Below are positions 16,916-26,508 of a stretch of DNA of 64,000 nucleotides, piece by piece. The position numbers and the translations under genes are program-made. This DNA is from an uncultured Gammaproteobacteria bacterium. Its GTDB lineage: Bacteria > Patescibacteriota > Microgenomatia > Curtissbacterales > GWA2-41-24. The first letter of the stretch is position 1; every line of letters starts with the position of its first letter. The stretch spans positions 3,614 to 67,613 of the forward strand of contig CAZLVB010000001.1 of NCBI GenBank assembly GCA_964562855.1. The letters are read 5' to 3'. The notes beneath the pieces were generated by a model. It saw only the letters and a list, made by a program, of their open reading frames with translations. It had not been told where the DNA came from and did no database searches.

Positions 16916-19221
16916 CCAATTAAAAATAAAGCCAGTAATATTACCGAGGCTGCCGAAATATATAAACCATTATAAAATGAGCGGGGTCTGAATCTAAATT
17001 CAACAATGTGCTCACCTTCCGGGATAAGCACTGACTGAAACATGTAATTGACCTTTTTTATTTCCGTCATTTCGTCGTCAATAAATGCTTGCCATCCCGG
17101 GTAATAAGGATTGGAGACGACAAGTGGGGCTTTTTTGTCTGAGCTTACCTTCAGTCTAAAAAATTGATCTTCATATTTGATAAAATCAACATTGCTTTGA
17201 AATTCTTGTCTTGGAAACGAAAACGATGTCGAAACAGAACTTTCTGACAAGTCAAAATTTTTGTCAATCATCTTTTCTAGCTCTTCTTCTGGGCTTCTAA
17301 CCTGTATCACTTCTTTAACAAAAAAGGCTCTCGGTAAGGAATTTTTGTCTTTAAAAATTTTAGTTTCACCTTCTTGAAATATTTTTTCCAATCCCTCTTT
17401 ATTTAAATCGTCGAATGTGACTATGTACCTGGTGTTTAAAAAATTTGATATTTTGCTATCAAATTTTTGGGGTGTAACAAAACGATTAAATGAGCCTGGT
17501 TCACTAACTTTCCCAGACTCCCAAACAGTAACTAATTGAGCATAATTTTTGAGAAATAGCGGGTCATAGCCTGCGACATTTTCTAATTTATAAACAGCAG
17601 AAGTGTTTGCGTTTAGAATTCTTCGATCGGTTGTAAGCAATCTGAAAGGTTTTGGCTGGCTTGAGAGAAAATCGGTTGTATTTGTATTTGGAAAAATCCA
17701 GGATAATTTTGAAAATGACGTAAATTTATAAGCGAAACGAAAAAGTTCCGCCAAAGTTAATACTAAGATAGCTGATATGATTAGTGGTCTTAGATTCTTC
17801 AGGACTGACGAGAGTAAAAGTAATAAGGTGAAAGAAGCCGCTACAGTGACCGGAAGAATTAAATTTCGAAATGCAACTCGATAGGGGTCAAAGCCGTAAA
17901 TCTGAGAAAAATTATTTCTATTTAATAAAGTGTAAGCGAATAAAAATGTTAATCCAGCTAACACAGACAAGGCTACAAGAAATATTTGTTTAGATTTAGA
18001 TTTTTTTTGTAATTGTTCAAATCCGAAACTGGCAAGTGTGACTAGAGAAAAAGCTAATACAAAAATGATTCTTGAGGGTTGCATTGAGGAGAGAAACGGA
18101 AAATTATATTTGTAAGGAATTATTGATATCGGGTTTCTTAAAGCAAGCAATGCCGAAACAATTGCAATAGATACAAAAAAAATGTGCACTTTACTTCTTT
18201 TCCCAAACAAAATTGATAGTGCAAAAATAAAAGGGATTATCCCAACATAAGGAACAAACTCAGCATAATTCCACACGCCCCAATAATTGTATGTAGTTGG
18301 ATTACCAAAATAGTCGGGGGCTACAATCTGCGCAAGCTGCTTAAAGGGTATAAACCAGTCCTCTCTTTGTGGAAAATAGCCCTGATCAATACTTCTTGCA
18401 GAATAATTAATAAATTCTAAAGACGGTAAAATTTGTATTGCTGTTGCACCTAAACCTAAAATAACAGTTGCTAAAGTCGGGATAACTAAATCTTTTCTTG
18501 GAGACTGAAAGAACTTAAAAAGCAAGTAAATCAAAATTAAAGATATTGAATAAAAAGCGGTCTGCCAGTGACCAGCGAAAACTATCTGGGAGATAGTAAA
18601 TGCTAAAAGCAAAAGCCAAAATTTAAGACGACTTTTAAAAAATTTATTGATTGAGTAAAGACTTAATGGAAGCCAAACCGCAGCTGCAGTTACGGTTCCC
18701 CACATAAGCCATACCATAAAAAAACTAGTAAACGGTAAGACTATTGCTCCAAAAAGAGAAGCCAGATTGGAAAGATCAAGGCTTTTTAAAAAAAGATACA
18801 TAAAAAATGCGGTTAAAATCGGGATCAAAATTATTTCTGTTGACCAAGCAGCATTAAAAGGTAGAATGAAAAATAAGACGTTAAAAATCTGAAATGGTGC
18901 GGATTGAATGTTGGCTAGCAAAGGCTGTCCAGAGAAACTGTATGGATTCCAGAGAGGAAGTTCAAGCTTTTTAAAATTTTCAATCGTCAGATATCTCCAG
19001 GGATAGGTTTGCAAAACAGGATCGGTAGTTAAGGGATTTTTGACTGGAAACTTGCCAGGAAGAAAGCCGTCGAAAGACTGGTCGCGCCATGGATGATAAA
19101 GGCCAAGTAGACTATCTGTGGGGATAGGTACTTTACCGGTGAGTAGTTTTGGCAAAAAAAAGGAGAAAACGATTATACAGGCAAGGATGGCGAAAATCGA
19201 CTTAAAAAAGTATTTTTTCAT
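16894..19221 (-). CDS. YfhO-like large GT-C membrane glycosyltransferase
   Basis: 775 aa; about 13 N-terminal TM helices followed by a large C-terminal extracytoplasmic domain. Paralogous to 35780..38194. Architecture resembles the YfhO/GtlB lipoteichoic-acid and cell-wall glycosylating GT-C enzymes. Confidence 0.5.
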   Translation of the reverse strand: MKKYFFKSIFAILACIIVFSFFLPKLLTGKVPIPTDSLLGLYHPWRDQSFDGFLPGKFPVKNPLTTDPVLQTYPWRYLTIENFKKLELPLWNPYSFSGQPLLANIQSAPFQIFNVLFFILPFNAAWSTEIILIPILTAFFMYLFLKSLDLSNLASLFGAIVLPFTSFFMVWLMWGTVTAAAVWLPLSLYSINKFFKSRLKFWLLLLAFTISQIVFAGHWQTAFYSISLILIYLLFKFFQSPRKDLVIPTLATVILGLGATAIQILPSLEFINYSARSIDQGYFPQREDWFIPFKQLAQIVAPDYFGNPTTYNYWGVWNYAEFVPYVGIIPFIFALSILFGKRSKVHIFFVSIAIVSALLALRNPISIIPYKYNFPFLSSMQPSRIIFVLAFSLVTLASFGFEQLQKKSKSKQIFLVALSVLAGLTFLFAYTLLNRNNFSQIYGFDPYRVAFRNLILPVTVAASFTLLLLLSSVLKNLRPLIISAILVLTLAELFRFAYKFTSFSKLSWIFPNTNTTDFLSSQPKPFRLLTTDRRILNANTSAVYKLENVAGYDPLFLKNYAQLVTVWESGKVSEPGSFNRFVTPQKFDSKISNFLNTRYIVTFDDLNKEGLEKIFQEGETKIFKDKNSLPRAFFVKEVIQVRSPEEELEKMIDKNFDLSESSVSTSFSFPRQEFQSNVDFIKYEDQFFRLKVSSDKKAPLVVSNPYYPGWQAFIDDEMTEIKKVNYMFQSVLIPEGEHIVEFRFRPRSFYNGLYISAASVILLALFLIGWKKKYQ

Positions 19222-20251
19222 ATTCCCCTATAAACTTTTTTGCACTGAACCGTCGACTACTCAGAATTGCATTTTGCGAGAGTTTCGCAAGTTTTTCTTT
19301 ATCGTTTATTAGATTTAAAGTGAACTCATAAAGCTGGGTTTTCGTTGACCAGAGCAATCCGTTCTTCTCATGTGTAACTATTTCCTTCTGTCCGCCTTTA
19401 CCAATCACAATCGGCACAGCTCCTGCTGCTTGAGCTTCTACCGTGGCTATACCAAAGTGCTCCATTTTTTGAGGATTGCTTTCTTCGTCTTCACCAAAAC
19501 CCGTAGCATGCCAGTAAATTGAGGCTTTAGAATAATATTTTCTTAATTTTTCAAAAGATAGATTCTCTACTATTCTGATTGCATGACCCAGGGTACTTTT
19601 TTTTAATCTTCTCAAATACTTATAGTCTTCTTTTTTTGCTTGACCAATTAACACGAGTTTCCATCCAGGAATTTTTTTGTAAAGTTCCTTAAATACTTCT
19701 ATTAAAACTTCTTGTTTTTTGGGGTGAAGCTGATTCTGGCTGAATCTTCCGACAGACAATATTAGTTTGTCTTTTTCCCCTTTTTTTATCGAGTCTATTT
19801 CTACTGGAGGGTAGACAACTTGCGAGTTGACACCGTAACTTTTATCGATATACCCTTTAGTGAACTTAGAATTCGTAACCACCCATTTGAACCTTTTTAA
19901 ATTTATCTTAGTTTTAAGACTAATTTTTGAAAATTTGAATGGAACTTGAAAATGGAGAATATTTTTTGATGCTAAACTAAAAGGCACGCTACCATCGGAT
20001 AAAATAAAAATGCAATTATAGCCAAGGGTTGCAAATGATTTTTCCAATAAATTTTTTTTAAATATGTTTTCTACAAATCTTGTCCTAGAAAGGTCTATCT
20101 TTAAAAATTTCGCAAGAGGTGCCTTAATTTGCGAATCATCCCAGAAAATATCTACAATATGTTCTCGGGAAAGATGCGCGGCCAATGTCAACATGTATCT
20201 TTCCCCGCCTCCAAATGTATCTAGATAGGGACTAAAAAAACCAAACCTCAT
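19202..20251 (-). CDS. GT4 (group 1) glycosyltransferase
   Basis: 349 aa; C-terminal EHFGIATVEAQAAGAVPIV matches the GT4 E-x7-E nucleotide-sugar binding motif. Confidence 0.7.
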   Translation of the reverse strand: MRFGFFSPYLDTFGGGERYMLTLAAHLSREHIVDIFWDDSQIKAPLAKFLKIDLSRTRFVENIFKKNLLEKSFATLGYNCIFILSDGSVPFSLASKNILHFQVPFKFSKISLKTKINLKRFKWVVTNSKFTKGYIDKSYGVNSQVVYPPVEIDSIKKGEKDKLILSVGRFSQNQLHPKKQEVLIEVFKELYKKIPGWKLVLIGQAKKEDYKYLRRLKKSTLGHAIRIVENLSFEKLRKYYSKASIYWHATGFGEDEESNPQKMEHFGIATVEAQAAGAVPIVIGKGGQKEIVTHEKNGLLWSTKTQLYEFTLNLINDKEKLAKLSQNAILSSRRFSAKKFIGEYEKILF

Positions 20252-20958
20252 ACTTTTTGAATTACAACGTATGCTCGATTAACCAAATCCGAGTAATCCT
20301 TATATGTCAAAAAATGGTACAGCGCAGGATTAGTAAGAAGATTAAAAACCAACTTCGTAAAATAAATAAACTTTCTGACATATTTAATCTGAGGATCAAA
20401 TATAAAAATCCGAAAGAGAATATTATTAATGTTTAGATTCCCTGAGTAGAAAACTTTAGCTTTGAAATCGCCGCGATAATTTTCGATCTCATCATTAGTT
20501 GGCAAACCGTATTTAATATGTTCTTTTAAGTATTGAACATTTATACCCTTTGCCTCCAAAAATTTTTGGATCCTGCTTTCATAGAGTAGATGTTTTTCCG
20601 TACCGATTGGGAAAGAGACAATTAATTTTTTTTTGGTAATAACAAGTAACTTTTGCATAAAGTATTTCCGTTCATTTTTGGGGATGTGTTCCAAAACATC
20701 AATCGATGTAACCACATCAAATGAATTTTTTTTAAAAGGAATTTTATTTTTTTTGATAATTACGTCACCACCTGTTAAATTTGCAACAACCAACTTTGAT
20801 GGTTTACAAAAAAGAGATAGATGATTTAATTCTCCCCCAATATCGACTACGGTTTCGCCTTTTCTGATTATGCCGCCCACAACTCTATGTCTTTCATAAA
20901 CGTCGTAGGGCAAAAAGAGTTTTTTAAACTGCAAGCTGTCTATATTTCTGTTTAACAT
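20248..20958 (-). CDS. class I SAM-dependent methyltransferase
   Basis: 236 aa; VVDIGGE...SFDVVTSIDVLEHIP match methyltransferase motifs I and post-II. Confidence 0.6.
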   Translation of the reverse strand: MLNRNIDSLQFKKLFLPYDVYERHRVVGGIIRKGETVVDIGGELNHLSLFCKPSKLVVANLTGGDVIIKKNKIPFKKNSFDVVTSIDVLEHIPKNERKYFMQKLLVITKKKLIVSFPIGTEKHLLYESRIQKFLEAKGINVQYLKEHIKYGLPTNDEIENYRGDFKAKVFYSGNLNINNILFRIFIFDPQIKYVRKFIYFTKLVFNLLTNPALYHFLTYKDYSDLVNRAYVVIQKV

Positions 20959-21694
20959 CGTTTTGAATTTCCCATAAATAAGTCAAAACAATCGCCTGAT
21001 GGGTTGCTTGATATAACGACTCTATTAAACCAGCAATACCATCTAGAAATCCTCTTTTTGCAAAATATCTTCTTAAGAATTCAAAAGTCATGGCTTTTAT
21101 AATTGTCAAAATAGTCACTCGGGTATTTAGTTTAGTATAAAGATCTGCTTCTGTTTTCCCCCAAGTTGTGCTTTTTTTGAGCATTTTTTCCAAACTCCTT
21201 GCCGTATAATGTAGTATCGGATATTTAAGTCGCCCGAATTCACCTTCAATAATCGGACTTTCATGAACCTTGCCCTGCCATTCTTTAAAAGTAGACCTCT
21301 TAAATAATCTCGGAACATAATCGGGCCACCAACCTCCATGTCTAAGCCACTTTCCCAGAATAATGTTTTTTCGGGAGATATAGAAAGCGGAGTACTTTCC
21401 GGCGATGACCGCCTTTTTAATTTCATCGATCAACTTTTCATCAAGTCTTTCGTCAGCATCGACGTATAACAACCAGTCGCCTTTTGCTTCCTTTGCTAAA
21501 AGATTGCGATTCTTGGAGAAATCCTCAAAGTTGGACCTGAGAATATTTTTTGTATATTTTTGAGCAATTTCTCGTGTTTTGTCGGTTGAGTTTTGATCAC
21601 AAACGATAATTTCATTTAAAAAGTGAAGTTGGCGAAGACAATCCTCGATCATTTCCTCCTCGTTTTTGGTCAAAATTAACGCGGAAATACTCAC
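20924..21694 (-). CDS. GT2 family glycosyltransferase
   Basis: ISALILTKNEEEMIEDCL...IIVCDQNSTDKT...YVDADE motifs. Confidence 0.7.
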   Translation of the reverse strand: MSISALILTKNEEEMIEDCLRQLHFLNEIIVCDQNSTDKTREIAQKYTKNILRSNFEDFSKNRNLLAKEAKGDWLLYVDADERLDEKLIDEIKKAVIAGKYSAFYISRKNIILGKWLRHGGWWPDYVPRLFKRSTFKEWQGKVHESPIIEGEFGRLKYPILHYTARSLEKMLKKSTTWGKTEADLYTKLNTRVTILTIIKAMTFEFLRRYFAKRGFLDGIAGLIESLYQATHQAIVLTYLWEIQNDVKQKYRQLAV

Positions 21695-22587
21695 TGATTA
21701 AAACTCCCTTTGCCTAAATTAAGCGTAACAAAGTCCAGGAATGCTTTTCTTTTGATTGGATCACCAAAGTTCTTTAAAATTTGTTTTGCGACTGCCAATT
21801 TAGTTTTTAATTTGGCGTACTTGATAGCAAAAAGCAATCTGTTTCTAGTGATGTAGTAATCCTGAAGTAAAGAACCGGATCCCCCTGCTGAACCTGCATT
21901 TTTATGCCAAATAATAGCTTGCGGCGCAAACATTATTGAAAGATTTGCTTTTTTTGCTCTGACACAAAAATCCATATCCTCAAGATATAAAAAATATTTC
22001 TCGTCAAAATAGCCGATTTTTTCCCAAACTTTTCTTTTGACAAACATGCACGCACCGGTAGCGTAGTTTATTTCCTTACTCGTGGCAAATTGACCACGAT
22101 CTACCTCATCCACGCCCACATGGATACCGATAATATTTTGCCAATCAATCTTGCCACCGGCATACCAGATAATTTTTCCAAGATCAGTTGTTTTATAACG
22201 GTTCTTATGAAACTCGAAGCCCTTTGCAAAGTAAATTTTAGGAGAAATAATATCTGCTTTTTTTGCTCCACTTAATAATTCAGTCAAAAGGTTTGAGTCA
22301 ACAAGGGTATCGTTGTTTAGAATAAGTAAGTAGTCGGCACCTCTTTTTATCGCCTCTTTAATGCCGGCATTGTTGCCTCCACTATAGCCTAAATTTCTTT
22401 CGAGTGATATCAGATGAATGTCTTGTAACCTTGACAAAGCTTCAGCCGATCCATCGCCAGAACCATTATCCACGACGATAGTCTCGATCTTGAAATTGCC
22501 GCTTTTGACTCTTCGCAAAGAATCTAAACAGGATAAGGTATTTTCAAGGCCTTGGTAATTTAAAATAATAATTGCTATTTTAGGCAT
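21691..22587 (-). CDS. GT2 family glycosyltransferase
   Basis: IAIIILNYQGLENTLSCLDSL...IVVDNGSGDGS, LLILNNDT and YLEDMD motifs. Confidence 0.7.
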   Translation of the reverse strand: MPKIAIIILNYQGLENTLSCLDSLRRVKSGNFKIETIVVDNGSGDGSAEALSRLQDIHLISLERNLGYSGGNNAGIKEAIKRGADYLLILNNDTLVDSNLLTELLSGAKKADIISPKIYFAKGFEFHKNRYKTTDLGKIIWYAGGKIDWQNIIGIHVGVDEVDRGQFATSKEINYATGACMFVKRKVWEKIGYFDEKYFLYLEDMDFCVRAKKANLSIMFAPQAIIWHKNAGSAGGSGSLLQDYYITRNRLLFAIKYAKLKTKLAVAKQILKNFGDPIKRKAFLDFVTLNLGKGSFNQ

Positions 22588-24083
22588 CAGGATTCCTTAT
22601 CTGCTTTCGACAGTCTGTAAAGATGAATTCCGTTTTGTATAGACCACGTTTTTTCTATTTTAATAGGTTTAAAAACAGCCACTTCCCAAACGGTATAATT
22701 TTCAATCATTTGAGGTGTGTCTCTAGAAATTAAGTAAAGTATGTCAGATTCTGGATATTGCTCTACATCTAGAGGTTTTTTATTGTTTATATCCACTAAG
22801 TATCTATAAGGACGAGCTCTCGTATCTCCGTCTAGGGTTGCAGCAATATTAAATTTTTTGAAATCGTTTACATCATCAACAATAATCTTTGATGCTTTTT
22901 TAATACCAACCAAATTCCACCCTTTTGGCATTGTATAACCTTCAAGTCGATTGAGGTTCAAATTTAAAAGATTCTGCATGAGCATTTGAAATACCAATAA
23001 CAAAATAAAGGCTTTAATGAGAAAATGGCCAAACAGACTATATATAGTTACTAGTGATATAGAAAAGATAAGAATTAGCGCTACATAAGAGGGTGAAAGA
23101 TAATGCAAATTTACCCCCTGAGAATAAAATCCCAGTAAAAACAAATTTATAATTATTGTTATCACTAAAAATAAAACTACGTCTGTTTTCTCCCTATTTT
23201 TCAATAGATATACAATAACTCCTACAAGCATAATAAGAACTATTGGTAAAACATAATAACCGTTGATATGGAGAATTATATAAAATAAATTTTCTATTGA
23301 ATCTTTAAGGTTTTGGAAAAAATTGTTGGTAGTTAAAAAATTTTGATTATTATTTAATTGTTTTAGAAATTCGTTGGTTATAAAAAAACCATGGCGTATT
23401 TCAAACAAAATTTGGGGAGAAATCGCAACAAGGAAACCTAGAACTATTTTAAATAAATTAACAAACCTGTTCCGAAAGATTGTAAAGACTATTATTGCGA
23501 TTATTTGCGAAACTGCGATGTAATGGAGCTGAAAAAGAATCCCGGCGGAAAATCCGATTAAAAATATCGCCAAAAAACTCTTGGAAATTTTTTTTATTAA
23601 TAAGAAATAAAAAAATATACCAAGAGCCGAGAAGAAGGGAATCATGTGGGGGTTAGATGGAGCTCTAGATTGATCTATCAATAAGGGGTTAGATGCAAAA
23701 AGAAGACTGGCAATAATGGCTACAGGCTTAGCATAAAATTTGGTAGCTACTAAGTAAATTAACAGCAGAGTAAAAATCGAAAGGATAACTGTTAAAATTG
23801 CAGGTCCTATCGGATCATAGTTGGTAAAAAATAATGAGGGAGCAATAATGTAATAATATGCCGGCCCAAGAAAAAGTTGGCCAATATTATTGTAAGGACC
23901 AATTTTCGGACCAAGTAAGGTGAATTTCTGATCAACAATCATTCTTTTTACAATTAAAAAATCGTAACCTTGGTCACCCCCAAAGGTAGTTAGTGTTTCA
24001 AGTCGCCAAAACCTTATAAAAGCTGCGGCAATTATTATTAAAATAATCAGCCAGTGTGAAAAAACAAATTTCTTCAAATTCAC
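22587..24083 (-). CDS. polytopic membrane protein, putative GT-C-type glycosyltransferase (unnamed family C)
   Basis: 498 aa. Starts with GTG. Motif TFGGDQGYDFLIVKRMIVDQKFTLLGPKIGP..LFLGPAYYY is shared with 40887..42311 and 44044..45663. Confidence 0.5.
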   Translation of the reverse strand: MNLKKFVFSHWLIILIIIAAAFIRFWRLETLTTFGGDQGYDFLIVKRMIVDQKFTLLGPKIGPYNNIGQLFLGPAYYYIIAPSLFFTNYDPIGPAILTVILSIFTLLLIYLVATKFYAKPVAIIASLLFASNPLLIDQSRAPSNPHMIPFFSALGIFFYFLLIKKISKSFLAIFLIGFSAGILFQLHYIAVSQIIAIIVFTIFRNRFVNLFKIVLGFLVAISPQILFEIRHGFFITNEFLKQLNNNQNFLTTNNFFQNLKDSIENLFYIILHINGYYVLPIVLIMLVGVIVYLLKNREKTDVVLFLVITIIINLFLLGFYSQGVNLHYLSPSYVALILIFSISLVTIYSLFGHFLIKAFILLLVFQMLMQNLLNLNLNRLEGYTMPKGWNLVGIKKASKIIVDDVNDFKKFNIAATLDGDTRARPYRYLVDINNKKPLDVEQYPESDILYLISRDTPQMIENYTVWEVAVFKPIKIEKTWSIQNGIHLYRLSKADKES

Positions 24084-24110
24084 TTGTAAAATTATATATC
24101 AGCAGTATCT
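24084..24110 (-). promoter_or_regulatory. extended -10 promoter (CTGCTGATATATAAT) 7 nt upstream of the GTG start of gene 22587..24083; leaderless or very short leader
   Basis: Minus-strand sequence reads ...tagatACTGCTGATATATAATtttacaaGTG. The TGnTATAAT-like core recurs at three other gene starts in the window. Confidence 0.45.
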
Positions 24111-24133
24111 AACGAAGCGAGGTGAAGCTGAGC

Positions 24134-25036
24134 TTAGAGTCTCCTTCTTAATTTATAATAAACTTTCTTGGCAGGATTTTCCTCAATCAAAGTCTGATAA
24201 ATCCAGAATCTTATATCTTTCGCAGCACGAGAAAATTCTTTTAGTGTATGTTTAAGAAAATTATCCGGTGTTAGATCCTTAAAATTTTCTTTTCTTTCCC
24301 AAACTTTAGCAAAAAAAACCAACATATAAAAAGACTGAAAAAGTGAAAGGACCAACCCGTGGAGACCGTCTTTATACCCCTTCTGGAAGAAAAAAGTCTT
24401 AACAAAATCGTTTATCGGCCAGCGAATTGCATCGTACCAGGCGATATTTTTTTCCTCTCTTAAAAAATTTTCTGTTTCTGATTCTGTATAAGTTTTATCA
24501 AGTTTTTGGATAAACTGGGAAACTGTTTCGTAATTGTGATGGATCATGGGACTCTCAAGCTGGCCGACATTTCCAGAAACTTCAAGTTTTTCGTGAACAT
24601 GCTTTAGCGGAAACTTTCCTTTGCCTTTTTTGAACAGGCGCAAGTTTAGATCGGGCCACCAGATAGAGTTTTTAATCCATTTGCCAAAGATAATGTTCTT
24701 GCGAGGAATTTCGTATCCCGAGAAATGTCTATCGTTGATTTTAGATCTAATTTCGCCAGTTAATTTGGGTGTTAATCTCTCGTCCGCATCTAATGATAGA
24801 ATCCAGTCACCAGCAGCTTTTTCAAAACCGAAGTTTTTATTTTTGTTGAGCATCACAGGGTCATTTTCTCTTACAAAAATCTTTGACGTGTACTTTCTTG
24901 CAATCTCTACGGTTTTATCGATTGAGGAATTGTCGATAAATATTATTTCGTCTGCAAGGTCCTTTACGCTTTTAAGACAATCTTCAATTTTTTTTCCCTC
25001 GTTAAATGCAGAAATAACCACACTAATTTTGCTCAT
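24134..25036 (-). CDS. GT2 family glycosyltransferase
   Basis: ISVVISAFNEGKKIEDCL...IIFIDNSSIDKT...SLDADE motifs. Confidence 0.7.
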   Translation of the reverse strand: MSKISVVISAFNEGKKIEDCLKSVKDLADEIIFIDNSSIDKTVEIARKYTSKIFVRENDPVMLNKNKNFGFEKAAGDWILSLDADERLTPKLTGEIRSKINDRHFSGYEIPRKNIIFGKWIKNSIWWPDLNLRLFKKGKGKFPLKHVHEKLEVSGNVGQLESPMIHHNYETVSQFIQKLDKTYTESETENFLREEKNIAWYDAIRWPINDFVKTFFFQKGYKDGLHGLVLSLFQSFYMLVFFAKVWERKENFKDLTPDNFLKHTLKEFSRAAKDIRFWIYQTLIEENPAKKVYYKLRRRL

Positions 25037-26508
25037 CTATTCTTAAAAACAATTGAGTCAATAATAATTTTAGCATCTTCCAGTAGATGTCTTTTAAAAA
25101 TAGCCAACGAAAGTGCTAAATAAATTATTATCCCAAGAAGTATTACGAAAACCAAACTTATAATGTTTTGCGCCAGATTTTGCTGAACGGTGTGTACAAT
25201 TAAAAACATAGCGACCGACGTTAGAAGAGGCCCAAAAATACTCCTTCCTACAGATATGGGGATTTCCTTTTTAACAAGATAGATTGTAACAAGTGAGGTT
25301 GATGCAACAACTGCGGAAGCAATACCTACCCCAATAAAGCCGAATCTTAAAACCAAAGGTATTGTCAGAATCCATGTCGAGGTCGTCCAAAACATCATTA
25401 GCTTTAAAACTATTTTAGGCCGGCCGGTGGCAAAAAGGACATTGGTAAAAGTCGTGGAGATTGCTGAAAAAATACTATTGACTGCAAATAGGTAAAGCAG
25501 GGGCAAGGCAGGTTCCCATTTTTGATATCTGGGAATTACTTCGATCAACTTTGGAGCAATTGCAATCACCCCAAAGACAGAGGGATAGACAAGATACGTA
25601 ACAAAAAATAATGATTTCTCGATTGCCTTACCCAAAGCTTGCTTATGCTCCTGTAGTCTTGAATAAGCAGGAAAGGTAACCCTGTTGACACTGTCCATAA
25701 AAAACCTCAGCGGTAAAAAGGCGAATTTCTGCGACCAACCGATGTAACCAATCTGGCTAAAAGTAAGGATCTTTCCCAAAATTACAATCAAAAGGTCATC
25801 TTTTAAGAGGGCAAGAATACTATTGAGTTGAAATGGGATCCCAAAGGAAGTAAGTTTTTTTGCTATATTTTTTTCGAAACTTAAAGCCGGTTTCCAGGGA
25901 GCAAGAATGTAAATTACGGTTAAACCAGCAACGCCTCTTATTAGAACAGCCCAGGTAAAACTTGATATACCAAATCCAGAAATAGCCAAGAAAACTGCTG
26001 TTGTATAAAAAACAATGTTTTCGGCAATCTGGGGGATAACAAGTTTCGTAAAGTTTAATTTTCTTTCGAGGATAATGGAGGGGATAGTTTTTAAAGAAGA
26101 TAGCAAAAGAGAAAAAATCAGGATCCTTATAAGCCATAATCCTTGATTATCAAGATTGTAAAAATCGGCTATTGTTTTTGAAAAAATAAAACCCAAGAAA
26201 ACGAGAGTGAGAACAATAGTTTGCTGAATAGTAAAGGTGGTTGATAAATCTTTTTGATTTAAATCTTCTTTTTTTTGGATAAGAGCGGCGGCTAGTCCTA
26301 CGTCCGAAAAATATACGAATATATTAATTAGGGCTGAAACAAAAACGTAAATTCCGTAAGTTGGTTCATCCAAAATAATTGTAAGAATGAAAACCGCCGC
26401 ATAGGTAAAGATTTGAATAAAAAGGGTTCTTAGTGTAAAGGTAATTACGCCAGAGATTGCCTTTTTCTTAATAAGCTGAATGTCTAATTGGTCTTGAGTG
26501 TCTGCCAT
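25033..26508 (-). CDS. Wzx-like oligosaccharide/polysaccharide flippase (MOP superfamily)
   Basis: 491 aa; about 14 TM helices; DVGLAAALIQKKEDL motif typical of polysaccharide biosynthesis and Wzx proteins. Confidence 0.6.
   Translation of the reverse strand: MADTQDQLDIQLIKKKAISGVITFTLRTLFIQIFTYAAVFILTIILDEPTYGIYVFVSALINIFVYFSDVGLAAALIQKKEDLNQKDLSTTFTIQQTIVLTLVFLGFIFSKTIADFYNLDNQGLWLIRILIFSLLLSSLKTIPSIILERKLNFTKLVIPQIAENIVFYTTAVFLAISGFGISSFTWAVLIRGVAGLTVIYILAPWKPALSFEKNIAKKLTSFGIPFQLNSILALLKDDLLIVILGKILTFSQIGYIGWSQKFAFLPLRFFMDSVNRVTFPAYSRLQEHKQALGKAIEKSLFFVTYLVYPSVFGVIAIAPKLIEVIPRYQKWEPALPLLYLFAVNSIFSAISTTFTNVLFATGRPKIVLKLMMFWTTSTWILTIPLVLRFGFIGVGIASAVVASTSLVTIYLVKKEIPISVGRSIFGPLLTSVAMFLIVHTVQQNLAQNIISLVFVILLGIIIYLALSLAIFKRHLLEDAKIIIDSIVFKNR

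Noticed and set aside
20626-20634. Homopolymeric A/T tracts of 8-9 nt inside glycosyltransferase and methyltransferase CDSs (20626-20634 T9; 16421-16429 T9; 18001-18008 T8; 19154-19161 A8; 26269-26276 T8; 38184-38191 T8) as phase-variation switches
   Set aside because: With about 65% A+T, roughly five runs of 9 or more A or T are expected by chance in 64 kb. The tracts encode ordinary Lys/Phe runs. Without read-level length variation they are not evidence of contingency loci.
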